From an uncultured delta proteobacterium (GTDB lineage: Bacteria; Myxococcota; Myxococcia; Myxococcales; Myxococcaceae), in contig CAWCKH010000004.1 of assembly GCA_963796055.1 (NCBI GenBank), positions 2,496,001 through 2,560,000 on the forward strand: DNA of 64,000 nt, read 5' to 3'. Below the pieces are notes generated by a model. It was not told the DNA's origin. It made no database searches and worked only from the letters and a program-made list of their open reading frames with translations. Below, in pieces: positions 35,175 to 44,832 of the stretch. Every line of letters begins with the position of its first letter. Position 1 is the stretch's first letter. The position numbers were made by a program, and so were the translations under genes.

Positions 35175-36032
35175 ATGCTGCGCATCGCACTACCGAACAA
35201 GGGCAGGCTGGCCGAGGACGTCCGAGGCGTCTTCGCCGACGCGGGCCTGGAGATCCGCGCCCGCGGCGAGCGGGCCCTCACCGCGTCCCTGGGAGGCGAG
35301 TTCGAGGCCATCTTCGTCCGGAGCCAGGACATCCCCGAGCTGGTCTCCGATGGCGTGGCCGACGCCGGCGTCACCGGGTGGGACCTGGTCTGCGAGACCG
35401 GCAAGCCCGTGGACGTCCGGCTGGATCTCGAGTTCGGCCGGTGCCGGCTGGTGCTCGCCGCGCGCGAGGACTCGGGCATCGAGCGCCCGGAGCAGCTTCC
35501 GGCCGGCTCCCGGGCGGCGACGGTCTTTCCCCGGCTCGCCCGGTCCTTCTTCGCCGAGAAGGGGCTCGCGGTGGAGGTGGTTCCCGTCTCCGGCGCGGCG
35601 GAGGTCGCGCCTCACCTCGGCATCGCCGACGTGGTGATCGACCTGACGACCACCGGAAGCACGCTCCGCACCAACGGGCTCAAGGAGGTCTGCACCCTCC
35701 TCGAGTCCAGCGCGCGGCTCATCGCCCGGCCTGGGCTGGGGCCCGACCGGACACGGGCCCTGTGCGAGCTCGAGGACGCGCTCGGCTCGGTGCTCCGGGC
35801 GCGTGGCAAGCGCTACCTCATGGCCAACGTGCCGCGGGCGAAGCTGGAGGCGGTCCGCGAGGTGCTCCCCGGGCTCAGCGGGCCCACCGTCATCGAGCTG
35901 TACGGCGCCGGTCCGCTGGTCGCCGTGCACGCGGTGGTGGCCGAGGCCTCGCTCTACCGGACGGTGGCCGCGCTGAAGGCACTCGGCGCCGAGGGCATCC
36001 TGGTCACCCGCATCGAGAGGCTCCTGCCATGA
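35175..36032 (+). CDS. hisG: ATP phosphoribosyltransferase (long form)
   Basis: MLRIALPNKGRL, DLTTTGSTLRTNGL, C-terminal regulatory domain LPGLSGPTV. Confidence 0.96.
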   Translation: MLRIALPNKGRLAEDVRGVFADAGLEIRARGERALTASLGGEFEAIFVRSQDIPELVSDGVADAGVTGWDLVCETGKPVDVRLDLEFGRCRLVLAAREDSGIERPEQLPAGSRAATVFPRLARSFFAEKGLAVEVVPVSGAAEVAPHLGIADVVIDLTTTGSTLRTNGLKEVCTLLESSARLIARPGLGPDRTRALCELEDALGSVLRARGKRYLMANVPRAKLEAVREVLPGLSGPTVIELYGAGPLVAVHAVVAEASLYRTVAALKALGAEGILVTRIERLLP

Positions 36033-37333
36033 CCGCGCCGGTGCGCTGGACCGGCTCGCTGTCCGCGCTCGGCCCGGAGGCGTTGCGCGCCCTGCTCTCG
36101 CGCGGCCAGGCCGACTCGGGGGCGCGGGAGCTGCGGGAGGAGGTCGCCGAGCTGGTGGCCGAGGTGAGGACGCGCGGCGATGCGGCCCTGCGAGACTTCG
36201 CGCGCCGGTTCGACCGCGTCATCCTGAGCACGCTGGAGGTGCCGCGGGAGACGGTGCGCGCCGCGCTGGACCGCCAGCCGCCGGCGCTGCGCCGGACCAT
36301 GGAGCGGTCGGCCCGGAACGTGGCCCGCGTCCACTCCGCGTTCCGTCCGCAGGCGAGCCGGGTGGAGGTCGAGCCCGGGGTCGTCGTGGAGCGGCGCCCC
36401 GATCCGCTGGGCCGCGTTGGTGTCTACGCGCCGGGCGGGCGTGCCGCGTACCCGAGCAGCGTCCTCATGGGCGCGGTGCCGGCGCGGGTGGCCGGCGTGC
36501 GGGAGGTGGTCCTCTGCTCGCCGCCGGGGCCGGAAGGCCTTCCCTCCGACGTGGTGCTCGCCGCGGCCGCAGTGGCCGAGGTGGACCGGGTGTTCGCGCT
36601 CGGCGGCGCCGGCGCCATCGCCGCGCTGGCGTACGGGACGGAGTCGGTGCCGGCCGTGGACCGCATCGTCGGCCCGGGCAACGCCTGGGTCGCGGAGGCG
36701 AAGCTCCAGATCTCCTCGCGCGTTCCCATCGACTCCCCGGCCGGGCCCTCCGAGCTGCTGGTCCTGCTCGACGGCACCTCGGACGTGGAGGCGGTGGCCC
36801 GCGAGCTGCTCGCCCAGGCCGAGCACGACCCCGAGGCGGCGGTGGTGGCGGTGGCCCTCGACGACGCGACCGCGCGGCGCCTGCTCGAGCGCGTGGCGGC
36901 GCTGGTGCCCACGGCAGCGCGGGCGGACATCATCCGCGCGGCGCTCGCCAGCCGCGGGGCGGTGGTGGTGGCGCGCACGCAGAAGGAGGCGGTCGACTTC
37001 GCCGAGCGGTGGGCCCCCGAGCACCTCATGGTGGCCGTCAAGGGGGCGCCCGAGCTCGCCCGCCGGGTGCGCAGCGCGGGGACCATCTTCGTCGGCACCT
37101 CCAGCTCGGGCGCCTTCGGTGACTACCTCACCGGCGCCAACCACGTGCTCCCCACCGCCGGAGCGGCGCGGGCCTGGTCGGGCCTGTCCACCCTGGACTT
37201 CGTGCGCTGGACCACCGTCCAGACGGTTTCGCGCGAGGGCGCGGCCGGGCTGTCCGCCGACACCGACGTGTTCGCCACCGCCGAGGGGCTGCACGCGCAC
37301 GCCGCCGCTGCCCGGGCCTGGAGCGCGCCGTGA
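36029..37333 (+). CDS. hisD: Histidinol dehydrogenase
   Basis: YAPGG...YPSSVLM, GPGNAWV, PAGPSE, QAEHD, APEHL, GDYLTGANHVLPT. Confidence 0.97.
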   Translation: MTAPVRWTGSLSALGPEALRALLSRGQADSGARELREEVAELVAEVRTRGDAALRDFARRFDRVILSTLEVPRETVRAALDRQPPALRRTMERSARNVARVHSAFRPQASRVEVEPGVVVERRPDPLGRVGVYAPGGRAAYPSSVLMGAVPARVAGVREVVLCSPPGPEGLPSDVVLAAAAVAEVDRVFALGGAGAIAALAYGTESVPAVDRIVGPGNAWVAEAKLQISSRVPIDSPAGPSELLVLLDGTSDVEAVARELLAQAEHDPEAAVVAVALDDATARRLLERVAALVPTAARADIIRAALASRGAVVVARTQKEAVDFAERWAPEHLMVAVKGAPELARRVRSAGTIFVGTSSSGAFGDYLTGANHVLPTAGAARAWSGLSTLDFVRWTTVQTVSREGAAGLSADTDVFATAEGLHAHAAAARAWSAP

Positions 37334-38373
37334 GCCCGGCCCGCCCCCGGCCGGTCCTGGCCACCGTGCCACTGTACGCGCCGGACCCGAGCCCGGTGGA
37401 GCTCGACCTCAGCGACAACGTGAACCTGTGGGGCGTGCCGCCCGCCGCGGAACGGGCGCTCCGGGACCCGCTCGCCGCCCACCCCAGCGTCTATCCCCAC
37501 TCGGATCCGGTGGAGCTCCGCGAGGCGCTGGCCCGCTACGCAGGGGTGAGCCCGGCGCAGGTCATCACCGGCTGCGGCTCGGACGACGTCATCGACGGCG
37601 CGCTCCGGGCCTTCGCCGCGCCCGGCGAGAAGGTGGCCTACTCGGCCCCGAGCTTCTCGATGCTGGTCAACTTCACCCGGGTGAACGGGCTGGAGCCCGC
37701 GCCCGTTCCGTTCCGCACCGGGGGGGACATCGACCCGGACACGCTCCTCGCCGAGCGCGCGGCCATCACCTACGTCTGCAGCCCCAACAACCCCACCGGG
37801 GCCGGCGCCTCTCCCGCGGCGATCGAGCGGGTCGTCTCCCGCGCCGAGGGGCTGGTGCTGGTCGACGAGGCATACGGCGAGTACGCAGGGCAGACCGCCG
37901 TCCCGCTTCTCGGCAGGGCCCCGCAGCTGCTCGTCACCCGCACGCTGTCCAAGGCGTTCGGCCTCGCCGGCCTCCGCGTCGGGTACGGTCTGGCCGCGCC
38001 GGAGGTGGTGCAGGTGCTGGAGAAGGTCCGGGGTCCCTACAAGGTGAACGCCCTCGGCGAGCGGGTGGCGCTGGCCGCGCTCCGCGAGGACCTCGGCTGG
38101 GTGCGTCGCCACGTCGAGGAGGCGCTGGGAATCCGTGACCGGCTCCGCACCGCGCTCGAGGCGGTCGGCCTTCGCCCGCTGCCGTCGGCGGCGAACTTCC
38201 TCTGCGTCCCGGTGCCCGACTCGGCGGCGCTGGGGAAGGCGCTGCTCTGCCGCGGCATCAAGGTCCGGGTGCTCCGCGCGCTGCCCGGGGTCGGCGACGC
38301 GATCCGCATGGGCGTGGGACCGTGGGAGCAGATGGAGCGGCTGCTGAGCGCGCTGCGCGAGGTGCTGCGGTGA
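37330..38373 (+). CDS. hisC: Histidinol-phosphate aminotransferase
   Basis: GSDDVI, CSPNNPTG, VDEAY, RTLSKAFGLAGLRVGY. Confidence 0.95.
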   Translation: MSPARPRPVLATVPLYAPDPSPVELDLSDNVNLWGVPPAAERALRDPLAAHPSVYPHSDPVELREALARYAGVSPAQVITGCGSDDVIDGALRAFAAPGEKVAYSAPSFSMLVNFTRVNGLEPAPVPFRTGGDIDPDTLLAERAAITYVCSPNNPTGAGASPAAIERVVSRAEGLVLVDEAYGEYAGQTAVPLLGRAPQLLVTRTLSKAFGLAGLRVGYGLAAPEVVQVLEKVRGPYKVNALGERVALAALREDLGWVRRHVEEALGIRDRLRTALEAVGLRPLPSAANFLCVPVPDSAALGKALLCRGIKVRVLRALPGVGDAIRMGVGPWEQMERLLSALREVLR

Positions 38374-38963
38374 GGGTGGCGGTCCTCGACACCCGGGTGG
38401 GGAACGTCCACTCCCTGCTCAAGGCGCTGACTGCAGCAGGGGGAGCGCCGCGCCTCGAGTCGCGTCCGGAGGCCTGCCTGGACGCCCCCCTGCTGGTCCT
38501 CCCGGGCGTCGGGGCATACCCGGCCGCCACCACCCTCTTCCGGGAAGCCCGGCAGGCGGTCCGCGAACGCCTGCTCGGGGGGGCTCCTTGCCTGGGCATC
38601 TGCCTCGGGATGCAGCTGCTGCTGGACGACAGCGAGGAGGGCCCCGGGGCCGGGCTGGGGGTCGTTCCAGGCCGGGTGGTGAGACTGGAGGCTCCCCGCG
38701 TCCCTCACATGGGATGGAACCAGCTCGAGGGGGACGACCCCCTCCTGACCCGTTCCGGCCTCCGGACGGCCTACTACGCCCACAGCTTCGTCTGCCGACC
38801 AGTGAATCCTGAGGCAGTCCGGGCCACGACGGAGCACGCAGGCGTCAGGTTTCCGGCGATGATTCGGTCCAGGGGGATGGTGGGCGTGCAGTTCCACCCC
38901 GAGAAGAGCGGTGCACCCGGTCTGGCCTTCCTGGCCGCGGTGCTCGAGGAGGTCGGCACATGA
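38370..38963 (+). CDS. hisH: Imidazole glycerol phosphate synthase glutaminase subunit
   Basis: LPGVGA, GICLGMQ, PHMGWN, QFHPEKS. Confidence 0.95.
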   Translation: MRVAVLDTRVGNVHSLLKALTAAGGAPRLESRPEACLDAPLLVLPGVGAYPAATTLFREARQAVRERLLGGAPCLGICLGMQLLLDDSEEGPGAGLGVVPGRVVRLEAPRVPHMGWNQLEGDDPLLTRSGLRTAYYAHSFVCRPVNPEAVRATTEHAGVRFPAMIRSRGMVGVQFHPEKSGAPGLAFLAAVLEEVGT

Positions 38964-39670
38964 GGGTCTTTCCGGCGATCGACCTGCGCGGGGGCGCCTG
39001 CGTCCAGTGGGTGGGCGGCGTGCCCGATGCGGAGAAGATCCGCCTCCCCGACCCGGTGGAGGTGGCGAACCGCTGGAAGGCGGCGGGATTCAAGGTGCTT
39101 CACCTGGTGGACCTCGACGCCGCCCTGGGCACCGGCTCGAACGCCTCGGTCATCGAGGCCATCCTCGATGCCACCGGGCTCGAGGCCGAGGTGGGGGGCG
39201 GCGTGCGCGACGAGGAGGGGATCCAGCGCGTGCTCGACCTCGGCGCCAACCGGGTCATCGTGGGCACCCGGGCGCTCGAGGACCCCCGCTGGCTCGAGGA
39301 GGTGGCCTTCAAGTTCCCGGGGAGGCTGGTGCTCGCCGCCGACGCGCGCGGGCGGCAGGTGGTGACCCGGGGCTGGACCCGTACCCTGACCCAGGACGTG
39401 GGGGCGCTGATCGCCGGGGTGGATGCCCTGCCGCTGGCTGCGGTGATGGTCACCGCGGTGCACGTCGAGGGCCTGGAGGGCGGCACGGATCTGAAATTGA
39501 TGTCCGAGCTGGTGGAGACCACCAGCCATCCGCTCCTGGCCTCGGGCGGCATCGCCTCGATGGACGAGCTGCGCAAGCTGGCCGGCGCCGGGGTGGCCGG
39601 GGCCATCCTGGGGATGGCGCTCTACACCGGGAAGATCGACGCCAGGGCCGCGGCGAAAGAGTTCCCGTGA
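38960..39670 (+). CDS. hisA: ProFAR isomerase
   Basis: FPAIDLRGG, LHLVDLD, VGGGVR, ASGGI. Confidence 0.95.
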   Translation: MRVFPAIDLRGGACVQWVGGVPDAEKIRLPDPVEVANRWKAAGFKVLHLVDLDAALGTGSNASVIEAILDATGLEAEVGGGVRDEEGIQRVLDLGANRVIVGTRALEDPRWLEEVAFKFPGRLVLAADARGRQVVTRGWTRTLTQDVGALIAGVDALPLAAVMVTAVHVEGLEGGTDLKLMSELVETTSHPLLASGGIASMDELRKLAGAGVAGAILGMALYTGKIDARAAAKEFP

Positions 39671-40206
39671 CCGTCCGGCTGGTGCGAGAGACGAAGGAAT
39701 CCCGGGTCGAGGTGGAGATCGGCCCGGGGACGGATCCGGCGCGGATCGAGACCGGGAAGCCGTTCTTCGACCACATGCTCTTTACGTTCGCCAGGTACGC
39801 GGGCCTGAGCCTGGGGGTGCGCGCCCGGGGCGACCTGACGCACCACCTGATGGAGGACGTGGCGATCACCGTGGGCCTGGCGTTCCGGAGGATGGTTCCG
39901 GCGACCGCAGCCCGCTTCGGCGAGCGTACCGTGCCGATGGACGATGCGCTGGTGCAGGCAGCGGTGGACCTGGGCGGGCGCTCCTACTACCGGGGCAAGC
40001 TCCCCAACGCGCTCTACGAGCACTGGATGCGCAGCTTCGCCGAGAACGCCGGGGCCACGCTGCACCTGCGCGTACTGCGCGGCCGCAACCGCCACCACGT
40101 CGTCGAGTGCGCCTTCAAGGCGCTGGGCCTGGCGATCCGCGACGCGCTGGCCGAGGGCGGCTCGGTGTTCAGCCTCAAGGGCTCGGTGAAGGTCACGGAG
40201 GGCTGA
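39667..40206 (+). CDS. hisB: Imidazoleglycerol-phosphate dehydratase (monofunctional, short)
   Basis: RETKES, FFDHML, HHLMED, PMDDA, NRHHVVECAFKA, KGSV. Confidence 0.93.
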   Translation: MTVRLVRETKESRVEVEIGPGTDPARIETGKPFFDHMLFTFARYAGLSLGVRARGDLTHHLMEDVAITVGLAFRRMVPATAARFGERTVPMDDALVQAAVDLGGRSYYRGKLPNALYEHWMRSFAENAGATLHLRVLRGRNRHHVVECAFKALGLAIRDALAEGGSVFSLKGSVKVTEG

Positions 40207-40967
40207 TGCTGGCGCCGCGCATCGTGGCCTGCCTCGACGTCACCGCGGGCCGGGTGGTGAAGGGGACGAAGTTCGTCGACCTCCGCGACCAGGGAGACCC
40301 GGTGGAGCTGGCCGAGGCCTACGGGCGGGACGGGGCGGACGAGGTCACGTTCCTCGACATCTCGGCCACGCCCGAGCAGCGGGCGCCGCTGCTGGACGTG
40401 GTCCGGCGTACCGCGGAGCGGCTCTTCGTCCCCCTGACGGTGGGTGGCGGGATGCGCGCGGCCGAGGACGTGGAGCGGGCCCTGCGGGCGGGGGCGGACA
40501 AGGTGGCGCTCAACTCGGCGCCGGTGCGTGCGCCGGAGCTGTTCTCCGAGTGCGCCCGCCGCTTCGGGGCCCAGTGTGTGGTGGCGAGCATCGATGCGCG
40601 GCGCTCGGGAGACCGGTGGCAGGTGGTGGTCGGCGGGGGGCGGCACGCCGTGGATCTGGATGCCGTGGAGTGGGCGCGCGAGGCCGAGCGGCGGGGGGCG
40701 GGGGAGATCCTCCTCACCAGCATCGACCGCGACGGGGCCCGGACCGGGTACGACCTCGCGCTGACCCGGGCGGTTGTCAGCGCGGTGAAGGTGCCGGTGG
40801 TGGCCTCGGGCGGGGCGGGGGAGGCGGAGCACCTCCGGGCCGTGCTCCAGGACGCCGGGGCGGATGCGGCGCTGGTGGCGGGAATCCTTCATGACGGCAC
40901 GACCACGGTCCGGGCGCTGAAGCAGGCGCTCTCCCGGGCCGGGGTGCCGGTGCGTGGCGAGGCGTGA
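40206..40967 (+). CDS. hisF: Imidazole glycerol phosphate synthase cyclase subunit
   Basis: CLDV...VVKG, GDPVELA, LTVGGG, LTSIDRDG, ASGGAG. Confidence 0.97.
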   Translation: MLAPRIVACLDVTAGRVVKGTKFVDLRDQGDPVELAEAYGRDGADEVTFLDISATPEQRAPLLDVVRRTAERLFVPLTVGGGMRAAEDVERALRAGADKVALNSAPVRAPELFSECARRFGAQCVVASIDARRSGDRWQVVVGGGRHAVDLDAVEWAREAERRGAGEILLTSIDRDGARTGYDLALTRAVVSAVKVPVVASGGAGEAEHLRAVLQDAGADAALVAGILHDGTTTVRALKQALSRAGVPVRGEA

Positions 40968-41737
40968 TGAGCGAGGTACGGTCGTGGATGGAGGCGGCGG
41001 AGGCGGTGGCCCGGGTGGCGGGAGAGGTGGCGCTGCGCCACTACCACCGAGGGGTCACGGTGGAGACCAAGGGCGACGGGACTCCGGTCTCGGTGGCGGA
41101 CCGGGAGGCGGAGGAGGCCGCTCGCCGCTGGCTGGAGAAGCGCTGCCCCGAGGACGGCATCCTCGGCGAGGAGCTGGGGACCACCCGGCCCGAGGCCCGA
41201 CGCCGGTGGATCCTCGACCCGATCGACGGGACGAAGACCTTCGTCCGCCGGGTGCCACTGTGGGGGACGCTGGTGGCGCTCGCCGAGGGCGAGACGGTGC
41301 TCGCCGGAGCGGCGTACTTTCCCGCGGTGGACGAGCTGGTCGTCGCCGCCCAGGGCGGGGGCTGCTTCTGGAATGGCAAGCCGGCGCGCGTCTCGAGCGT
41401 GTCGCGGCTGTCCGAGGCGGTGGTGCTGACCACCGACGCGCGGATGGGCACAGCGGAGCAAGTGCGCGCCCTCGACGGGCTCTGCGCCCGGGCGGGGCTC
41501 GTCCGGACCTGGGGGGACTGCTACGGCTATCTGCTCATCGCCACCGGACGCGCAGAGGCGATGGCCGATGCGCTGATGGCGCCGTGGGATGCGGCGGCGC
41601 TGCAGCCGATCATCGAGGAGGCCGGCGGAGTGTTCACCGACTGGAGCGGCCGGCGCACGGCGTTCGGAGGCAACGCGGTGGCGAGCAACGCGGCGCTGGC
41701 GGCCGAGGTGCGCGCGGCGCTCGGAGGCCCGGGATGA
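40967..41737 (+). CDS. hisN: Histidinol-phosphatase, inositol-monophosphatase family
   Basis: TPVSVADR, GEE, WILDPIDGTKTF, WGDCYGY, WDAAA; located inside the his operon. Confidence 0.9.
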   Translation: MSEVRSWMEAAEAVARVAGEVALRHYHRGVTVETKGDGTPVSVADREAEEAARRWLEKRCPEDGILGEELGTTRPEARRRWILDPIDGTKTFVRRVPLWGTLVALAEGETVLAGAAYFPAVDELVVAAQGGGCFWNGKPARVSSVSRLSEAVVLTTDARMGTAEQVRALDGLCARAGLVRTWGDCYGYLLIATGRAEAMADALMAPWDAAALQPIIEEAGGVFTDWSGRRTAFGGNAVASNAALAAEVRAALGGPG

Positions 41738-42318
41738 CCCTCGACTTCGAGAAGGGCGGCGGCCGGGTCACGGTGGTGACGCGCGACGCGCGGACCGGTG
41801 CGGTGCTGATGGTGGCCCACGCCGACCGCGAGGCCATCGCCCGGACCGAGGCGACGGGCGAGATGCACTACACCTCGCGGACCCGGGGGCTGTGGCGGAA
41901 GGGCGAGACCAGCGGGAACGTGCAGAAGGTGGTGCGGCTCACGGCGGACTGCGACTCGGACGCGGTGCTCGCCGATGTGATTTCCGCGGGACCCGCCTGT
42001 CACAACGGAACGGTGTCGTGCTTTCGCGAGCCGGGCGAGGCCTCGGGTGCGTTCGCGCGGCTCGACGCGGTGGTGCGCTCCAGGGCGGAGTCGGGCGACG
42101 AGAAGAGCTACACCCGGAAGCTGCTCGTGGACCGGAATCTTCGCCTCAAGAAGCTGGGGGAGGAGATGGCCGAGCTGGTGACTGCCTGTGCCGATGGAGA
42201 TCGTGAGCGCGCCACGGAGGAGGCGGCGGACGTCGTCTACCACCTCACCGTGGCGCTTCGGGCGCTCGGCCTCGGTCTCGGCGAAGTCGCGACGGCGCTC
42301 GATCGACGCGCCCGCTGA
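41734..42318 (+). CDS. hisIE: Bifunctional PR-AMP cyclohydrolase / PR-ATP pyrophosphatase
   Basis: LWRKGETSGN, DCDSD, PACHNG...CF, SYT, KKLGEE, EAADVVYH. Confidence 0.95.
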   Translation: MTLDFEKGGGRVTVVTRDARTGAVLMVAHADREAIARTEATGEMHYTSRTRGLWRKGETSGNVQKVVRLTADCDSDAVLADVISAGPACHNGTVSCFREPGEASGAFARLDAVVRSRAESGDEKSYTRKLLVDRNLRLKKLGEEMAELVTACADGDRERATEEAADVVYHLTVALRALGLGLGEVATALDRRAR

Positions 42319-42508
42319 GACGGGTCGTCTCGCGGCGCTGCGGGCGCTCGGCGACGGTCTCCGCGACCTGGCGCGCTGTGGTCGCGCACGGGGCTTGCTT
42401 CGCGAACCCGGAAGCGGATCGGGAGGGTACGGATGCAAGGCGGAGATCGGATGCGGGGCCGTGTGGTGCTTGCAGGCGCACCCCGGCGTCTGAAAGAACC
42501 GCCGCCCA

Positions 42509-43351
42509 GTGACGCACCAGGAGTTCCTCGATCAGGTCGACGCGTATGCCCTCGGTGCGCTCGAGCCCGCCGAGGCGCGCGCCCTCGAGTCCCATCTGGC
42601 CAGCGAGGGTCCGCATCCCCTGTGCGAGGCGGCGCTCGCCCGCGCGCGCGAAGCCGTCGCCACACTCGCCACCGATCTGACGCCTGTAGCTCCACCGCCG
42701 CGCGTCTGGGAGGCGGTCGCCCGTTCCATCTCCCAGCCGGCGGACCCCGCCCCGCGCGAAGCGGCGAAAACCGCCCCCATCCAGCCGCCGAAGCCGCCAC
42801 CCGGCCGCCGGGTGGCGGCCTGGGCCTCCGCGCTCGCCGCGGCCGCAGTCCTCGTCCTCATCGTGAGCGGGCTCAACGTCCGGGAGGCGCGCCGCTCCGC
42901 CGCGCTGGCCACCGCTTCCTCCGCCGAGTGCGCGCGCGATCTCGCCGAGGCCCGCGTCGACCTGCTCCGGAAGGAGGACGCTCTCAAGCTCCTCACCGAG
43001 CCGGGGACGCAGCTCGTCTCCCTCAAGCCATCGCCCGCGGCGCAGGGCCCGCTGGCCGCGGGCTCGGGCGTCGTGCTCTTCAATGCGCGCGGCCGGGCCC
43101 TGTTCCTCGGCCGGAGCCTCCCCGCGCAGCCCACGCGCGACTACGAGCTGTGGCTGATCCGGGGCGGGAAGCCGGTCGCGGCCGGCCTGCTGCCGCCCGG
43201 CCCTGACGGGAGCATCCTGGCTGACATCCGGCCCGAGCTCCTCGCGGGCGGCCGACCGGCGGCCTTCGCCGTCTCGGTCGAGCAGAAGGGTGGGGAGCGT
43301 GACGCCCCGAAGGGTCCCGTCATCCTCACCGGAGCGCTCGCCTCCCCATGA
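42509..43351 (+). CDS. Anti-sigma factor, RskA-like
   Basis: AYALGALEP...HL, TM, DYELWLI, FAVSVEQKGG. Confidence 0.87.
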   Translation: MTHQEFLDQVDAYALGALEPAEARALESHLASEGPHPLCEAALARAREAVATLATDLTPVAPPPRVWEAVARSISQPADPAPREAAKTAPIQPPKPPPGRRVAAWASALAAAAVLVLIVSGLNVREARRSAALATASSAECARDLAEARVDLLRKEDALKLLTEPGTQLVSLKPSPAAQGPLAAGSGVVLFNARGRALFLGRSLPAQPTRDYELWLIRGGKPVAAGLLPPGPDGSILADIRPELLAGGRPAAFAVSVEQKGGERDAPKGPVILTGALASP

Positions 43352-43887
43352 GCCGCCCCGCCGAGGACGGAACCGTGCTCGATTCGGTCCGGCGCGGTGA
43401 TGCGCGGGCCCTCGAGGAGCTGTACCGCCGGCACTCGCCGAGACTCTACGCGCTCCTGCTCCGGATGCTCCGGGAGACCGCCGACTCCGAGGAGATCCTC
43501 CAGGAGACCTTCGTCGACGTCTGGAAGCGCGCGGCGGAGTACGCGCCGTCCCGCGGCTCCGTCGAGGCCTGGCTCATCACCATCGCCCGAAGCAGGGCCA
43601 TCGACCGCATCCGGACTCGCGGGGCGCGACTCCGGCTGGTGAAGCAGGCCGAGCAGCTCGCCCCCGCCGCCGCTCCGCCGTCTGATCCTCCGGACGTCCA
43701 CGCCCAGACCCGTCTCCGCCGGGCGCTGGGGACGTTGCCGCCCGAGCAGCGCCGGGCCCTCGAGCTCGCCTACTGGGAGGGGCTCTCCCAGAGCGAGATC
43801 TCCCGCGAGACCGGCGACCCGCTGGGCACGGTGAAGACCCGCGTCCGTCTCGGCCTGCAGCGGCTGGCCGAGCTCCTCGCCGGCTGA
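43348..43887 (+). CDS. ECF sigma factor (SigK-like)
   Basis: EEILQETFVDVW, WLITIARSRAID, LAYWEGLSQSEI, LGTVKTR. Confidence 0.93.
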   Translation: MSRPAEDGTVLDSVRRGDARALEELYRRHSPRLYALLLRMLRETADSEEILQETFVDVWKRAAEYAPSRGSVEAWLITIARSRAIDRIRTRGARLRLVKQAEQLAPAAAPPSDPPDVHAQTRLRRALGTLPPEQRRALELAYWEGLSQSEISRETGDPLGTVKTRVRLGLQRLAELLAG

Positions 43888-43963
43888 GCCCGAGGGCTGA
43901 CATCCAGTCTGCGACCTCGTCCGTAGTGGGGGCAGCTGGAGTACCCACACGGGAGGAAGCTGG

Positions 43964-44290
43964 ATGTCACGCATCAGTTCCGGCCGGGCCACGTGGCTCG
44001 CGGCCGCGCTCATCGCCACCGCGGCGCTCGCCGCCGACCACCAGGACGGGGCGGCCGTGCTCACCGACCCCGCCACCGACATCAACGACGTCTTTGCCTG
44101 GACCTCGACCGACGGCACCAGGCTGAACCTCGTCATGGACGTGTTCCCCGCGGCCACCAGCGGGGCGAAGTTCTCCAACGTCGCCCAGTACGTGTTCCAC
44201 ACCACCAGCAGCGGCGGCTACGGGATGGCGGCGGGGGCGAGTGAGGACATCCTCTGCACCTTCGACACCACCCAGGTGATCAGCTGGCGG
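43964..44290 (+). pseudogene. Truncated secreted DUF4331-family protein
   Basis: Signal peptide, then ADHQDG...DPATDINDVFAW...RLNLVMDV...FSNVAQYVFH; protein-like quality is lost after about aa 108. Confidence 0.65.
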
Positions 44291-44490
44291 CGCTTCGGGC
44301 TGACGAAGGCGATGCACGCTGCGTGCTCGCCCGGCGAGCCGGCGTGCCCCGGACCGGGACGCCCAGGCTGGAACGGCTCGTCGCCGACGCTCTCCTGGCG
44401 TGCGGAACGAGGGCGAGGCAGCCCGGAGGCGGTCTCGGCGGCGGAGGGCGCTGAGGACGCACCCGGCCTGGGACCCGCATGCGCAGAGCC

Positions 44491-44832
44491 TCAGCGTTCC
44501 GGTCCGACGAAGATCGGCTCGGCGAGCAACGACCGGGTGAGGCGGGTCACCGTCCCGTAGCGGGCGGTGTGAGCGTCCCGGATGCGCACGGCCTCGGCCG
44601 AGCTCTGGTACGCCTCGATCGCCGCCACGCTCTCCGCCCGGTAGTGGGCCACGTACCGTGCCCACCCGTCGGCCGAGCGCTCCCGGTCCTTCCACCGCGT
44701 TGCGCCCAGAAAACCGGGCTGCCGGAGCACGTCCGGCATGTGCTCGGCCGCGTGCCAGCCTGCCCAGGCCTGCTCGGCCTCGGGCGCCACCTCGATCGTC
44801 ACCCGGTACACCGCGTTGGCCCGGCCGCTCAC
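44491..44832 (-). CDS. DUF4286-like (dimeric alpha+beta barrel) protein
   Basis: YRVTIEV...W...EHMPDVLRQPGF...YVAHY. Confidence 0.7.
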   Translation of the reverse strand: MSGRANAVYRVTIEVAPEAEQAWAGWHAAEHMPDVLRQPGFLGATRWKDRERSADGWARYVAHYRAESVAAIEAYQSSAEAVRIRDAHTARYGTVTRLTRSLLAEPIFVGPER

